A stretch of DNA of 64,000 nucleotides, taken from positions 91,526 through 155,525 of the forward strand of contig DDYT01000065.1 of the NCBI GenBank assembly GCA_002348095.1, in the 5' to 3' direction. The stretch is from Erysipelotrichaceae bacterium UBA2227. Its GTDB lineage: Bacteria > Bacillota_I > Bacilli_A > Erysipelotrichales > Erysipelotrichaceae. Positions within the stretch are counted from its first letter, which is position 1. Each line of letters starts with the position of its first letter. The position numbers and the translations under genes are program-made. A model generated the notes under the pieces. The model was not told where the DNA came from. It was given only the letters and a program-made list of their open reading frames with translations, and did not search any database. This document shows positions 1-9,483 of this stretch, in pieces.

Positions 1-1172
1 AGATCGATCAACTCATCATCCAAGGATTCGCACACATTCGGATTTTCAACGATACCGCCAAAGTACTTCTGACTCATTGCCCATGTCCGATTGACTAAAT
101 TCCCCATAATATTGGCCAAATCGTTATTGACACGTTCGATCATCAGTTCCATCGTGACGGTGCCGTCATGCCCAAACGGCATTTCATGCAACATGATATA
201 ACGAACAGCGTCGACACCCAAAAGTTTTATCAGATCATCTGCATAAATCACATTCCCTTTGGATTTGCTCATTTTGCCTTCGCCGACCAACAACCACGGA
301 TGACCGAATACCTGTTTCGGCAGTTCGATATCTAAAGCCATCAACATGATCGGCCAATACAGCGTGTGAAACCGCAAAATATCTTTGCCGATCAAATGGA
401 CATCTGCCGGCCAGTACTTTTTAAACAGTTCCCCATGATTGCCGTCAACATCATAACCAAGACCGGTAATATAATTGCTCAGCGCATCGATCCATACATA
501 AACGACATGTTTCGGATCGAAATCAACCGGGACACCCCAAGTAAATGAGGTGCGTGAAACCGCCAGATCATTGAGTCCCGGCTTCAAGAAGTTATTGATC
601 ATCTCATTTTTACGGGACTCCGGCTGAATAAAGTGTGGGTTTTCTTCGATATGTTTCATCAGTCTATCCTGATACTTAGACAAACGGAAAAAATAAGACT
701 CTTCCTTCTCGCGGTGAACGTCACGACCGCAGTCCGGACACTTGCCGTTTTCTAACTGACCATCCGTATAGAAGGATTCACAAGGCGTACAATACCAGCC
801 TTCATAAACACTTTTGTAAATATCGCCTTGATCGAAGAGTTTCTTGAAAATCTTCTGAACCCGAAGCTGATGGTCTTTATCTGTCGTACGGATAAATTTA
901 TCATAGGACGTATTAACGGCATCATAGGAGCTTTTGATGATGGATGCAATTTCATCCACGAATTGCTGTGGAGATAGTCCTCTCTCTTGAGCTTTCAGTT
1001 CATTTTTCTGACCGTGTTCATCTGTACCGGTTTGAAAAAAGACATCAAACCCTTGGGCACGCTTAAAACGTGCAATACTGTCTGCCAATACGATTTCGTA
1101 AACATTCCCAATATGCGGTTTGCCGGATGTATAAGCTATCGCAGTGGTAATATAATAAGGTTTCTTTCCCAT
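1..1172 (-). CDS. metG: Methionine--tRNA ligase (5' part; runs off the window's left edge)
   Basis: Not in the ORF track. The reverse strand from ATG at 1172 reads MGKKPYYITTAIAYTSGKPHIGN (HIGH motif), with a CPDCG Zn knuckle and KMSKS near 260-277. RBS AAGGAGG upstream. Confidence 0.96.
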   Translation of the reverse strand, partial: MGKKPYYITTAIAYTSGKPHIGNVYEIVLADSIARFKRAQGFDVFFQTGTDEHGQKNELKAQERGLSPQQFVDEIASIIKSSYDAVNTSYDKFIRTTDKDHQLRVQKIFKKLFDQGDIYKSVYEGWYCTPCESFYTDGQLENGKCPDCGRDVHREKEESYFFRLSKYQDRLMKHIEENPHFIQPESRKNEMINNFLKPGLNDLAVSRTSFTWGVPVDFDPKHVVYVWIDALSNYITGLGYDVDGNHGELFKKYWPADVHLIGKDILRFHTLYWPIMLMALDIELPKQVFGHPWLLVGEGKMSKSKGNVIYADDLIKLLGVDAVRYIMLHEMPFGHDGTVTMELMIERVNNDLANIMGNLVNRTWAMSQKYFGGIVENPNVCESLDDELID

Positions 1173-1187
1173 GATTACCCTCCTTAA

Positions 1188-1390
1188 AATAAAAAAACGC
1201 CAAACCAAGGACGCCTATGCGCGGTACCACCTTAGTTCACTTGCGTGCACTTTGACCCTTAACGCGGGAAACGTTTTGCCCTACATATCAGGCAAACAGC
1301 TCTAAGACCATATTCATCAATATACCTTATGCATTTTCACCGGCCATGCACTCTCTAAAAAGGCTGCTTGATTACTCTTCTTTTCATAGC
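1188..1390 (-). promoter_or_regulatory. T-box riboswitch, Met specifier
   Basis: Minus strand shows AGAGA and GGTGAA stem I motifs, specifier loop GAAT-ATG-G (AUG at 1311-1309), T-box AAGGTGGTACCGCG (1233-1220) and a U-tract before the metG RBS. Confidence 0.93.
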
Positions 1391-1451
1391 TTTTGAATGC
1401 CATAATTATATCATTCTAAACATAAATGTAAAGAAAAAGCGCCGAAGCGCT

Positions 1452-2324
1452 CTAGTGGTTCACGTTGTTCTCACTGTGAAACATTGAATATATTTCGTTT
1501 TTTGATATCCCGGTCATTTTGGAGATTTGCTTGATCGCATCTTTCGTTGATAAACCGGATTGTATCAGTTCTTCAATGTGGGTACGAATATCCAACATAC
1601 TGATATCCGGTTCTTTCTCCGCTTTGTTCCCCTCGATAATCAAAACCATCTCACCTTTTAATTCCTTAGCTTCTTCAACCAGTTCAAATAAGGTGCCGCG
1701 TAGGAATTCCTCATGTTTTTTAGTTAACTCACGTGCCAAGGTTGCTTTACGGTCGCCCATGATCTCCAAACACAACTTTAATGTCTTTTCGATTCTGTGT
1801 GGCGCTTCATACAATACGATGGTCGCTTCGTAATGACGGATCCGTGTCAGCACTCCACGTGCTTCCTTGTCACTGGCCGGTAAAAAACCCTGAAACAGAA
1901 ACGGTTGTGTAATTAAACCTGAGGCAACCAGTCCGGCGAGTAATGCACTGCTTCCGCTGATCGGAACGACATTATAACCATGAGAAGTAATCGCTTCAAC
2001 CAACAAGTATCCAGGATCAGATATCAGCGGATACCCTGCATCACTTACCAAAGCAACATTGTTGCCTTGCATCAGTAGCATCAGAATCCCTTTGGCACTT
2101 TCCCGCTCATTGTGATCATGATGAGCGATGACCTTATTCTCAATATTGAAATGCTTCAGCAGTTTCTGCGTATGCCGAGTATCTTCACATGCAATAACAT
2201 CCACATTCTTGAGAATGTCGATTGCTCTTGGAGTCATTTCTTCCAAATTGCCGATCGGTGTCGCAACGATGTAGCACGTCGGCATTTCATTTTCAAAACT
2301 TTTCTGACGTTTCAACACGACCAC
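1452..2324 (-). CDS. rsmI: 16S rRNA (cytidine1402-2'-O)-methyltransferase
   Basis: YIVATPIGNLEEMTPRA, ACEDTR, VSDAGYPLISDPG, YEAPHR and ARELTKKHEE motifs. Confidence 0.95.
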   Translation of the reverse strand: MVVLKRQKSFENEMPTCYIVATPIGNLEEMTPRAIDILKNVDVIACEDTRHTQKLLKHFNIENKVIAHHDHNERESAKGILMLLMQGNNVALVSDAGYPLISDPGYLLVEAITSHGYNVVPISGSSALLAGLVASGLITQPFLFQGFLPASDKEARGVLTRIRHYEATIVLYEAPHRIEKTLKLCLEIMGDRKATLARELTKKHEEFLRGTLFELVEEAKELKGEMVLIIEGNKAEKEPDISMLDIRTHIEELIQSGLSTKDAIKQISKMTGISKNEIYSMFHSENNVNH

Positions 2325-2329
2325 TCCCT

Positions 2330-3205
2330 TTATTGTTTGTTAGAAAAACTGGTATCATTTCGCAGTTCATTCAATGTCAAAATAATTGCCTCTTCCCGGT
2401 TTTCCAGTTTTGCTGTTCCGGTAAGCATGTTCATCGATGAAACGCGATATTTCTTCCCTTTATACTCAAGTAACTCATTCATTTTTGGCAAGTTTGCCCG
2501 CAGCTCTTTATACAAGTCGTCTTCATATTTCAAACAACACAACAGTTTCCCGCATTGACCGGACAGCTTCTGTATATTCAGTGCAAGCAACTGATTCTTT
2601 GCCATGTTGATCGAAATGACATCAAAGTCCGGCAAAAATCTGGAACAACAGGTTTCCATCCCACATGTACCGATACCCCCGATGAATTTAGCTTTATCTC
2701 TGGGCCCGATTTGTCTGAGTTCGATTCGACATTTAAAAATTGAAGCTAACTCTTTCAAAAGTTCCCGGAAATCAACTCTCTCATCCGCAACATAAGAGAA
2801 AATTACTTTCGATCGATCCAAAGTATATTCAGCACTGATCAGATGCATGTCCAATCCCAATTTGCGAATACTCTCATCACAGGTTTTCATTGCTTCAACC
2901 GCCATATCCCGATTCTTAGCGAAGTTATCCAAGTCCTGCTTGGTTGCTTTCCGAAGCACCGGTTTTAACGGTGTTGACATTGAAATCTTTTCAATAGGTT
3001 TTAAGTCAGCGATGACTTCTCCCAGTTCAAGCCCGCGGACCGTATCAACAATCACCTGATCTCCTTGGACATATTTCGTGTCATTGGTCCCAAATGTGTA
3101 AGCCTTTTTGGCTCCTTTAAAACGAATTGAGCATGCGTGTGTGTAGGTTTGCACCACACTTTGCTCAACAGATTCTTCACCGAAATTCTTAACGTGATCT
3201 TCCAC
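2330..3205 (-). CDS. ricT: PSP1-domain Fe-S protein RicT/YaaT
   Basis: RVDFRELLKEL, RIELRQIG, GGIGTCGMETCC and KLSGQCGKLLCCLKYE motifs; sits between holB and rsmI. Confidence 0.9.
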   Translation of the reverse strand: MEDHVKNFGEESVEQSVVQTYTHACSIRFKGAKKAYTFGTNDTKYVQGDQVIVDTVRGLELGEVIADLKPIEKISMSTPLKPVLRKATKQDLDNFAKNRDMAVEAMKTCDESIRKLGLDMHLISAEYTLDRSKVIFSYVADERVDFRELLKELASIFKCRIELRQIGPRDKAKFIGGIGTCGMETCCSRFLPDFDVISINMAKNQLLALNIQKLSGQCGKLLCCLKYEDDLYKELRANLPKMNELLEYKGKKYRVSSMNMLTGTAKLENREEAIILTLNELRNDTSFSNKQ

Positions 3206-3230
3206 GGTAAATTCCCTCCTTTTTTGCTTT

Positions 3231-4259
3231 TTAGCGTTTGGCTAACTCAATGATCATCTGATCCAGCAACAGGCTCAGATTGACATTACGCAATATTTTA
3301 TCCTTGCCCTCACCGAAGACGCGCATAGCGGCTGGGGCAATCGATTGATAGCGTGCCGATGCAATGTGCTGGTTCCACCATTTATCCCCAAAGGTCTTTC
3401 CTTGGGATGCGTCTTTAAAAAACACTTGCGCAATATCTAAAAATAAGGAAAAAAGTTCTTTTGGATCTTTTTCCGGAGTCTTCTTTTTGCTCTTTGGTTC
3501 ATCGGACTCCTTGTCCTTCTCCTTTGATGCCTTGGTCATCGTTCCTTCTTTTTGTAAATAAACCAATCCGTGGTATAGGTTTGGTCTTGATTCATCAATG
3601 AACCCCATGAATAAATCAAACGCGGTTTGATATGCTTCGCTTTGAGTCAACGAAACGACGATGTCCACATCTTTGATAAACTGTGAAGTGATGTACGCAT
3701 GCAACGGAGTAACTCCGTTAGCAATTGCCTCACTTTCACAAAGTTTAGCACTTAATGAAGCAAATGTTAATACCTGACATCGTGAAATAATCGTCGGAAG
3801 CAGACGATCTGCATTTTCACTGATCAAAATTGCCGTCGTGTCTTCTCCTGAAGGTTCTTCCAAATACTTTAGCAAACTGTTAAGAGCTTCAGGAGTCGCC
3901 CGGTCCGCATGCTCAATGATATATATCTTTTTGTTATACATTTCCAGACCTGTCTGAATGAACTTGTGCTGTAAATCCAGAATCTCTTCCTTTTTGATCG
4001 TCCGGTCTTTCCCATTGATGACAATCAAATCGACATAAGTCCCCTCTTTGATTCTTCGGCAAACATCACATTCTTCACACGCAAAATCCTTGCGATTTGG
4101 GCAAACCAGCGTTTGAGCAAGCAAAAGAGCAGTCTCCCTCATCTTAGCGCCGCGCTGCCCGCTGAAAAGATATGCATGAGCCAATTGTTCAGTCTTAAGC
4201 GCATTTAGCAAGATCTGATATACGATGGGTTGCTGTTCTTTCAATGTCTGCTTAAACAT
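3231..4259 (-). CDS. holB: DNA polymerase III delta' subunit
   Basis: AHAYLFSG, C4 Zn motif, NSLLKYLEEP and LLPTIISRCQ; follows tmk. Confidence 0.93.
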   Translation of the reverse strand: MFKQTLKEQQPIVYQILLNALKTEQLAHAYLFSGQRGAKMRETALLLAQTLVCPNRKDFACEECDVCRRIKEGTYVDLIVINGKDRTIKKEEILDLQHKFIQTGLEMYNKKIYIIEHADRATPEALNSLLKYLEEPSGEDTTAILISENADRLLPTIISRCQVLTFASLSAKLCESEAIANGVTPLHAYITSQFIKDVDIVVSLTQSEAYQTAFDLFMGFIDESRPNLYHGLVYLQKEGTMTKASKEKDKESDEPKSKKKTPEKDPKELFSLFLDIAQVFFKDASQGKTFGDKWWNQHIASARYQSIAPAAMRVFGEGKDKILRNVNLSLLLDQMIIELAKR

Positions 4260-4884
4260 TTTCTTTGATCCTCTTTAAGATTACAGCCAAAGCATCCTCG
4301 ACGATGTCTGCAACGGGCCGATTAGCATCAACCACTGTCATGCGGTGCTTATACTTTTTCAATACTTCCGAATACCCTTGTGCAACACGTAAATGAAATT
4401 CCTGTGTTTCTCTGTCCAAACGGTCTCGGTAATGACGATTTGAGATACGGGATAATCCTTCCAAAGGATCGATATCAAGAAAGATCGTACAGTCCGGGTA
4501 ATGTCCTTCAATGGCAAATTCGTTGATGGCTAAAACCGCATCCAGTCCGATTTGGCGGCCAATGCCTTGATATGCCAGTGAACTGTCGATAAAACGGTCA
4601 CATATAACGATTTTCCCTTCATTGAGCGCAGGTAAAACCTTCTCAACCAAGTGTTGTCGTCTTGAAGCAGCATACAGCAACGCTTCAGTTTTGACATCCA
4701 TTGCGGTATTTTTGGGATCAAGAATGATTCGCCGGATCTGCTCGGCAATATCGATTCCACCGGGTTCTCTTGTATAAATAACATCGTAGCCTTCTGTCAG
4801 CAGTTTTTGAAAGACATTCGTACTGATCGTTGTCTTTCCGCTGCCATCGGGACCTTCGAAGGTAATAAACATGCCTTTTCTCAT
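4252..4884 (-). CDS. tmk: Thymidylate kinase
   Basis: FITFEGPDGSGKTT, TREPGG, EALLYAASR and DRFIDSSLAYQG. Start moved to ATG at 4884 (RBS AAGGAG). Confidence 0.95.
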   Translation of the reverse strand: MRKGMFITFEGPDGSGKTTISTNVFQKLLTEGYDVIYTREPGGIDIAEQIRRIILDPKNTAMDVKTEALLYAASRRQHLVEKVLPALNEGKIVICDRFIDSSLAYQGIGRQIGLDAVLAINEFAIEGHYPDCTIFLDIDPLEGLSRISNRHYRDRLDRETQEFHLRVAQGYSEVLKKYKHRMTVVDANRPVADIVEDALAVILKRIKENV

Positions 4885-4937
4885 AAAAATAACGACTCCT
4901 TCTGATGTAGTACTATTATACCATTGAAAACCTAAAC

Positions 4938-4959
4938 AAAAAAGGAGCGTTGGCTCCTT
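4938..4959 (-). terminator. Intrinsic terminator after the deacetylase gene
   Basis: AAGGAGC/GCTCCTT stem followed by a U-run on the minus strand. Confidence 0.7.
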
Positions 4960-6244
4960 ATTGAAACGGCGGTCGCCGTTGGTCATATACTTTGTCTACA
5001 TCGAAGAAATGTTCACTGATATAAGCTTTGTCACGGTTCATCACAAAGCCATCCAGATTGATACGAGGCATTAACACGCTTTTTCCGATAATTCTTGGTT
5101 GTGATCTGCGGTCGACATTAAGATAGAACGTGTACCCTTCATCGATGAAATACTGGTAGAGTTCTCCTTTTAACGTTATGCCAAAAGGCGCAATAAAGAC
5201 GTTAGAATCCCCAATGATCGGAACGATCCATTTTTTGAACAGTTCCGTATCTTCCTTAATTCCCTCCAATGTTGAATTTTCGCTAAAATACTTCCCGCCT
5301 GCATGGGTATAACTGTGTGAGACGAACTCCCATCCCAACTCCTTCATCCGATTGGCAATTCGTTTAGCTTCTAAAGCTTCCTCGGGGATTTTCGGGTCAT
5401 ATCCCATGACTCCCCAGCTGCCGGTTATGCCCAACATACCTTTTGCTCCGCGATAAGAGAATTCCGGATGAACTTTTACAAAGTCATCAACGATCGGAAA
5501 TACTTCTGCGGTACGAGAAATGACTTCTTTCCCCTCAAGATTTCGAATGACTGCCGAAATTTCGTTGTTGTTATCAATGATCAGTCGGGATGCAAATCCG
5601 TCCTTCTTGCGTGATTCAGGATAACCGACATTGTCTACGGAAATTAAAAGCGGTCGCTTACCTTTCGGTAGGTACAATGTCTTTGCCGAAACATTCCCTT
5701 GCGCATCCACTTCATACAAATCACTGATCCGAACTAATACATATCCGCGCTCCATCAATAAAGGTAGCATACGCTCGAATTCCAATTGTGTCGTCATCCA
5801 GTAATTGTATCCTTGCGGTTCAGAACTTTTCGGGCCGAAAGCTAACTCCGGATATACGATCAGACTGTGAAAGAAGACCTGTTCTATCCGACCGGTGTAC
5901 GGTTGTAACGCCGCCACAAAGTCTTCGATTTTCTTCACTTCATTTTTCAGCTTGTCATTATACACTTCCGGGTTGCTTTTTAATAGTTCTATTGCTTCCT
6001 GGTAGTAATATCCTTTGACCAACAAAGCTGACTTTTCAATCAGTTCCACCCGCTTAGCTTCTCGGGCCTTTTCTTTTTCTATTTCCTGTTGGTTGTTATT
6101 ATTGTTCTTTCGATCGATTTCGTATTTTACCCACAGAAAACCTCCCACGGAAGTAGAAATGATCAAAAAGATTAGTATGATTACCCATGAAACTTGCCGG
6201 CGGATTTGATTTTTTTTGCTCATAAGATCACCTGAGACCATCAT
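4958..6244 (-). CDS. Membrane-anchored polysaccharide deacetylase family protein
   Basis: N-terminal transmembrane helix and coiled coil, then VFFHSLI, LLISVDNV, SHSYTH, FIAPFG and PRINLDG. Start may be 6223. Confidence 0.72.
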   Translation of the reverse strand: MMVSGDLMSKKNQIRRQVSWVIILIFLIISTSVGGFLWVKYEIDRKNNNNNQQEIEKEKAREAKRVELIEKSALLVKGYYYQEAIELLKSNPEVYNDKLKNEVKKIEDFVAALQPYTGRIEQVFFHSLIVYPELAFGPKSSEPQGYNYWMTTQLEFERMLPLLMERGYVLVRISDLYEVDAQGNVSAKTLYLPKGKRPLLISVDNVGYPESRKKDGFASRLIIDNNNEISAVIRNLEGKEVISRTAEVFPIVDDFVKVHPEFSYRGAKGMLGITGSWGVMGYDPKIPEEALEAKRIANRMKELGWEFVSHSYTHAGGKYFSENSTLEGIKEDTELFKKWIVPIIGDSNVFIAPFGITLKGELYQYFIDEGYTFYLNVDRRSQPRIIGKSVLMPRINLDGFVMNRDKAYISEHFFDVDKVYDQRRPPFQ

Positions 6245-6318
6245 ATTCTCTTTTCCTCTTTTCGTAAAGGATGTTTATCTTTTCAAACTCGAGTATAATG
6301 TATTCAGAGGTGGCATAT

Positions 6319-6861
6319 ATGACATTTATTGAAGAAACCGTTTCGTCACAAGAAAAATTTCGGGGGAAAATCGTGCGATTGCGTCACGATCAGATTATCG
6401 TCAATCACCAGCCGGGATTTCGTGAAGTCGTCGAGCATCCGGGCGGGGTTTGCATATTAGCAATAACCAAGGATCATCATATATTGACAGTCAATCAGTA
6501 TCGCTATGCTCAAAAGGAAGTGCTTTGTGAACTTCCGGCAGGCAAAAAAGAGCCTAATGAAGACCCGTTGCTGACTGCACAACGTGAGTTATGTGAGGAA
6601 ACCGGCTATATAGCAGCCCATTGGTTGGATTATGGTGTCGTATATCCGTCTCCGGCTTACCTTGATGAAGTGATCCACCTGTTTGTTGCAAGTGATTTAA
6701 GTTTCGTCGGACAACATCTCGATGATGGAGAGTATCTTTCCGTCCATATGACACCTATAAAAAGCCTGTTACAAGACATCGTCAGCGGTCAGATAAAAGA
6801 CAGTAAAACAGCGGTTTTTGTCATGCGCTACGCTTTACAGAATGGTATTTCAATTGGATAA
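6319..6861 (+). CDS. NUDIX hydrolase (ADP-ribose pyrophosphatase-like)
   Basis: REVVEHPGGV, QYRY and Nudix box ELPAGKKEPNEDPLLTAQRELCEETG. Start moved to ATG at 6319 (RBS GAGG). Confidence 0.9.
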   Translation: MTFIEETVSSQEKFRGKIVRLRHDQIIVNHQPGFREVVEHPGGVCILAITKDHHILTVNQYRYAQKEVLCELPAGKKEPNEDPLLTAQRELCEETGYIAAHWLDYGVVYPSPAYLDEVIHLFVASDLSFVGQHLDDGEYLSVHMTPIKSLLQDIVSGQIKDSKTAVFVMRYALQNGISIG

Positions 6862-6881
6862 TAAATGAAAAGGGAGGATTT

Positions 6882-7109
6882 ATGAACAGAGTTAAAGCAT
6901 TAAAAATCGTTAATTTCTTGTTGTTTCTCGTTTTTGTGGGAATAGCCTTCTCCGGTCTGACCGCCATGCTCTTTCCGGGGCTGATCCCATATTCCACATT
7001 TAGAGTCGCACATCCTTTTACCGGAGCTGCCTTTGTGGCCTTGGTCATTGCTCACCTGATACTGAACTTTAACTGGATCAAGGCAAATTATCTTAAGAAG
7101 AAGAAATAG
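6882..7109 (+). CDS. Small two-helix membrane protein, DUF4405-like (putative heme b binder)
   Basis: Strong RBS GGGAGG; SG in the first helix, then His in RVAHPFTG and IAHLILNFNWI flanking the second helix. Confidence 0.65.
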   Translation: MNRVKALKIVNFLLFLVFVGIAFSGLTAMLFPGLIPYSTFRVAHPFTGAAFVALVIAHLILNFNWIKANYLKKKK

Positions 7110-7113
7110 CATG

Positions 7114-7143
7114 AAAAAACCAGGAATTGAATTTCCTGGTTTT
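7114..7143. terminator. Bidirectional intrinsic terminator
   Basis: AAAACCAGGAA/TTCCTGGTTTT inverted repeat between convergent genes. Confidence 0.8.
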
Positions 7144-7146
7144 GCT

Positions 7147-8718
7147 TTATTCAGTAAGTAAACTTTCTTCCCAAACATCCAGGGGTTTGTATCCCATGAG
7201 CTCTACCAACGTTGCCGCAACGTTAGCAAGGCCGAAGTTTCCTTCTTTGAAACGTACTTCCTGATTCAAAACGATAAATGGTACCGGGTTGAGTGTATGG
7301 GCTGTTTTTGGTTTTGGTGCAGTATTGGGATCTTTGCTCTTTTCGAACATTTCATCCGCATTGCCGTGATCCGCTGTCAATACCAATATACCGTTAACCT
7401 TATCGACGGCTTCTTTGATCCTGCCAATCGCAAGATCTACCGATTCAACTCCAATCTGTGTAGCCAAGAAATTCCCGGTATGACCAACCATATCCCCATT
7501 TGGGAAATTGATTCGGTAGAAGTCGTGCTCTCCTTTTAAGATGGCTTCTATCAGCAGATCGGTTATTTGCGCTGACTTCATCCACGGCCGTTGTTCATAT
7601 GGGATGATATCCGATGTTACTTCAACAAATGTTTCCAACGCATCATTGAATTTTTCTGTACGGTTTCCATTCCAGAAGTATGTCACATGTCCGAATTTCT
7701 GTGTTTCGGAAATCGCAAACTGTTTAACTCCCTTTTCAACCAAAAACTCTGACATCGTATTTTTAATTCTCGGTGGCGCAACTAAGAATTTTTTGGGAAT
7801 TTGTAAATCTCCGTCATATTGCAACATGCCGGCAAACATGACGCGGGGACGAACACCTCTGTCAAACTTTGTGAAATTTTCTTCCTCAAATGCGCGAGAC
7901 AGTTCTAATGCACGGTCTCCCCTAAAGTTAAACAATATAACGGCATCACCGTCATTGATCTTTCCGACCGGTTCCCCGTTTTCAACGATGACGAAGGCTT
8001 CGAGAAACTGATCGGTAACATCCGTTTCCTCGCGTTGCGTTTCAATGGCCTCTTTAGCCGAAGAAAATTGGCGTCCGATGCCCTGGATATGTGTTCTCCA
8101 ACCGATTTCAACCATGCCCCATTCCGCTTCGTAGCGATCCATGGTCACCTTCATACGCCCACCACCGCTGGCAATCCGAGCATCAAACTTCTCATCATTT
8201 AAAGATGACATAAAAGCTTCAATATCATCCACATAAATCAATCCGGACTTTTGAGGTACATCTCTGCCGTCCAGCAACGCATGCACACGAACTTTTTTAA
8301 TACCTTCCGATTTTGCCTGAGCAATCAAAGACTTTAGATGAGCAATGTTTGAATGTACATTTCCATCAGAAAGTAATCCGATAAAATGCATGGTTCCATC
8401 TTTTGAGAAACTGACCAGTTCGCTCCATGTTTGCGAGGAAAAGATTTCTCCAGATTCGATGGATTGGTTGACGAGTTTTGCACCTTGTGCATAAATCTGA
8501 CCGCATCCTAAGGCATTGTGCCCAACTTCCGAATTTCCCATATCATCATCGCTGGGCAATCCCACTGCTGTTCCGTGAGCTTTCAGCTGTGTCATCGGCG
8601 CTTCTTTCATAAATTTGTCTAAATGTGGCTTATACGCAGATGCAACCGCATTTCCCACAGTGTTCTTCGACAGACCGATTCCATCCATAACCACAAATAC
8701 TAAAGGTCTTTTTGACAT
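7147..8718 (-). CDS. gpmI: 2,3-bisphosphoglycerate-independent phosphoglycerate mutase
   Basis: MDGIG, DMGNSEVGH, LLSDGNVHS, NGDMVGHTG, TADHGNAD and TAHTLNPVP. Confidence 0.96.
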   Translation of the reverse strand: MSKRPLVFVVMDGIGLSKNTVGNAVASAYKPHLDKFMKEAPMTQLKAHGTAVGLPSDDDMGNSEVGHNALGCGQIYAQGAKLVNQSIESGEIFSSQTWSELVSFSKDGTMHFIGLLSDGNVHSNIAHLKSLIAQAKSEGIKKVRVHALLDGRDVPQKSGLIYVDDIEAFMSSLNDEKFDARIASGGGRMKVTMDRYEAEWGMVEIGWRTHIQGIGRQFSSAKEAIETQREETDVTDQFLEAFVIVENGEPVGKINDGDAVILFNFRGDRALELSRAFEEENFTKFDRGVRPRVMFAGMLQYDGDLQIPKKFLVAPPRIKNTMSEFLVEKGVKQFAISETQKFGHVTYFWNGNRTEKFNDALETFVEVTSDIIPYEQRPWMKSAQITDLLIEAILKGEHDFYRINFPNGDMVGHTGNFLATQIGVESVDLAIGRIKEAVDKVNGILVLTADHGNADEMFEKSKDPNTAPKPKTAHTLNPVPFIVLNQEVRFKEGNFGLANVAATLVELMGYKPLDVWEESLLTE

Positions 8719-8790
8719 CTTACACTTCCTCCGTAATTACGTAACTACTATATCATTGATTGCGAAATTTTGCACTTACAATAAACCAAT

Positions 8791-8815
8791 AAAAAAACAA
8801 CGGTTTCCCGTTGTT
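8791..8815 (-). terminator. Intrinsic terminator after divIC
   Basis: AACAACGG/CCGTTGTT stem with a U-run on the minus strand. Confidence 0.7.
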
Positions 8816-9131
8816 AATCATCTTTTTGCTTTTCAGGAAGATAGAAGATTTGCTCCCCTTCTTTAGATAGCATATACCCAAAGCGTGCGTAATTCTTCAC
8901 ATACTCCGGATCGTTGAGTTTGTCTTTTTGCTGTTTCAGATAGTCATTTTCGCTTTCAAGGATTCGCATCTGCTCTTGAACATCATTTAAACGCGTCATC
9001 ATATTGACTGTTTCAACAATCTGCAAAGAAACCTGATAGAGCAGTATCAAAGATAAGCCGAAAATGATAAATGCAGCGATATTTAAAACAGACCCTTTGA
9101 TCTTTTTATGGGAGCTCTTCTCTTTTTTCAT
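8814..9131 (-). CDS. divIC: Septum formation initiator (DivIC/FtsB family)
   Basis: One transmembrane helix, coiled coil and LNDPEYVKNYAR...GEQIF; canonical position after mfd and the S4 gene. Confidence 0.85.
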   Translation of the reverse strand: MKKEKSSHKKIKGSVLNIAAFIIFGLSLILLYQVSLQIVETVNMMTRLNDVQEQMRILESENDYLKQQKDKLNDPEYVKNYARFGYMLSKEGEQIFYLPEKQKDD

Positions 9132-9201
9132 GGAAACACCAACCTCTTGAGAATTTAATTATACTGCCATTTTGCAAAAATGCAAGAGTTGTCAAGGAAA
9201 A

Positions 9202-9471
9202 TCAATCTGAAGATGCGCTGATAAAACGTTCATCCAGCACTTCATATAGCATTCCGGCATCTTTCTTGCTTGATTGTGCAGCAACTGCCAAAATTTTAAT
9301 CGTCAGTTTTCGGTGCCCGAAAACAATCTCAACGATGTCATTTTCTTTTATTTCCGATGAGGGTTTTGCGGCTTTCCCGTTAATGACGATTCTTTGGTGG
9401 TCTGCCAATTCTTTCGCAACCGTTCGTCTCTTGAGTACGCGGGCGACTTTTAGAAATTTGTCGATTCTCAT
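9202..9471 (-). CDS. yabO: S4-domain RNA-binding protein YabO/RqcP
   Basis: MRIDKFLKVARVLKRRTVAKE and INGKAAKPSSEIK. Confidence 0.88.
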   Translation of the reverse strand: MRIDKFLKVARVLKRRTVAKELADHQRIVINGKAAKPSSEIKENDIVEIVFGHRKLTIKILAVAAQSSKKDAGMLYEVLDERFISASSD

Positions 9472-9483
9472 TTATGATCCTTT

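Noticed and set aside
366..1187. Short ORFs listed in the track at the window start
   Set aside because: They are shadows of metG, which the track missed because it runs off the edge.
8760..8777. Rex-like TTGCGAA-ATTT-TGCACTT upstream of gpmI
   Set aside because: Four mismatches in AT-rich promoter DNA; too weak to call.
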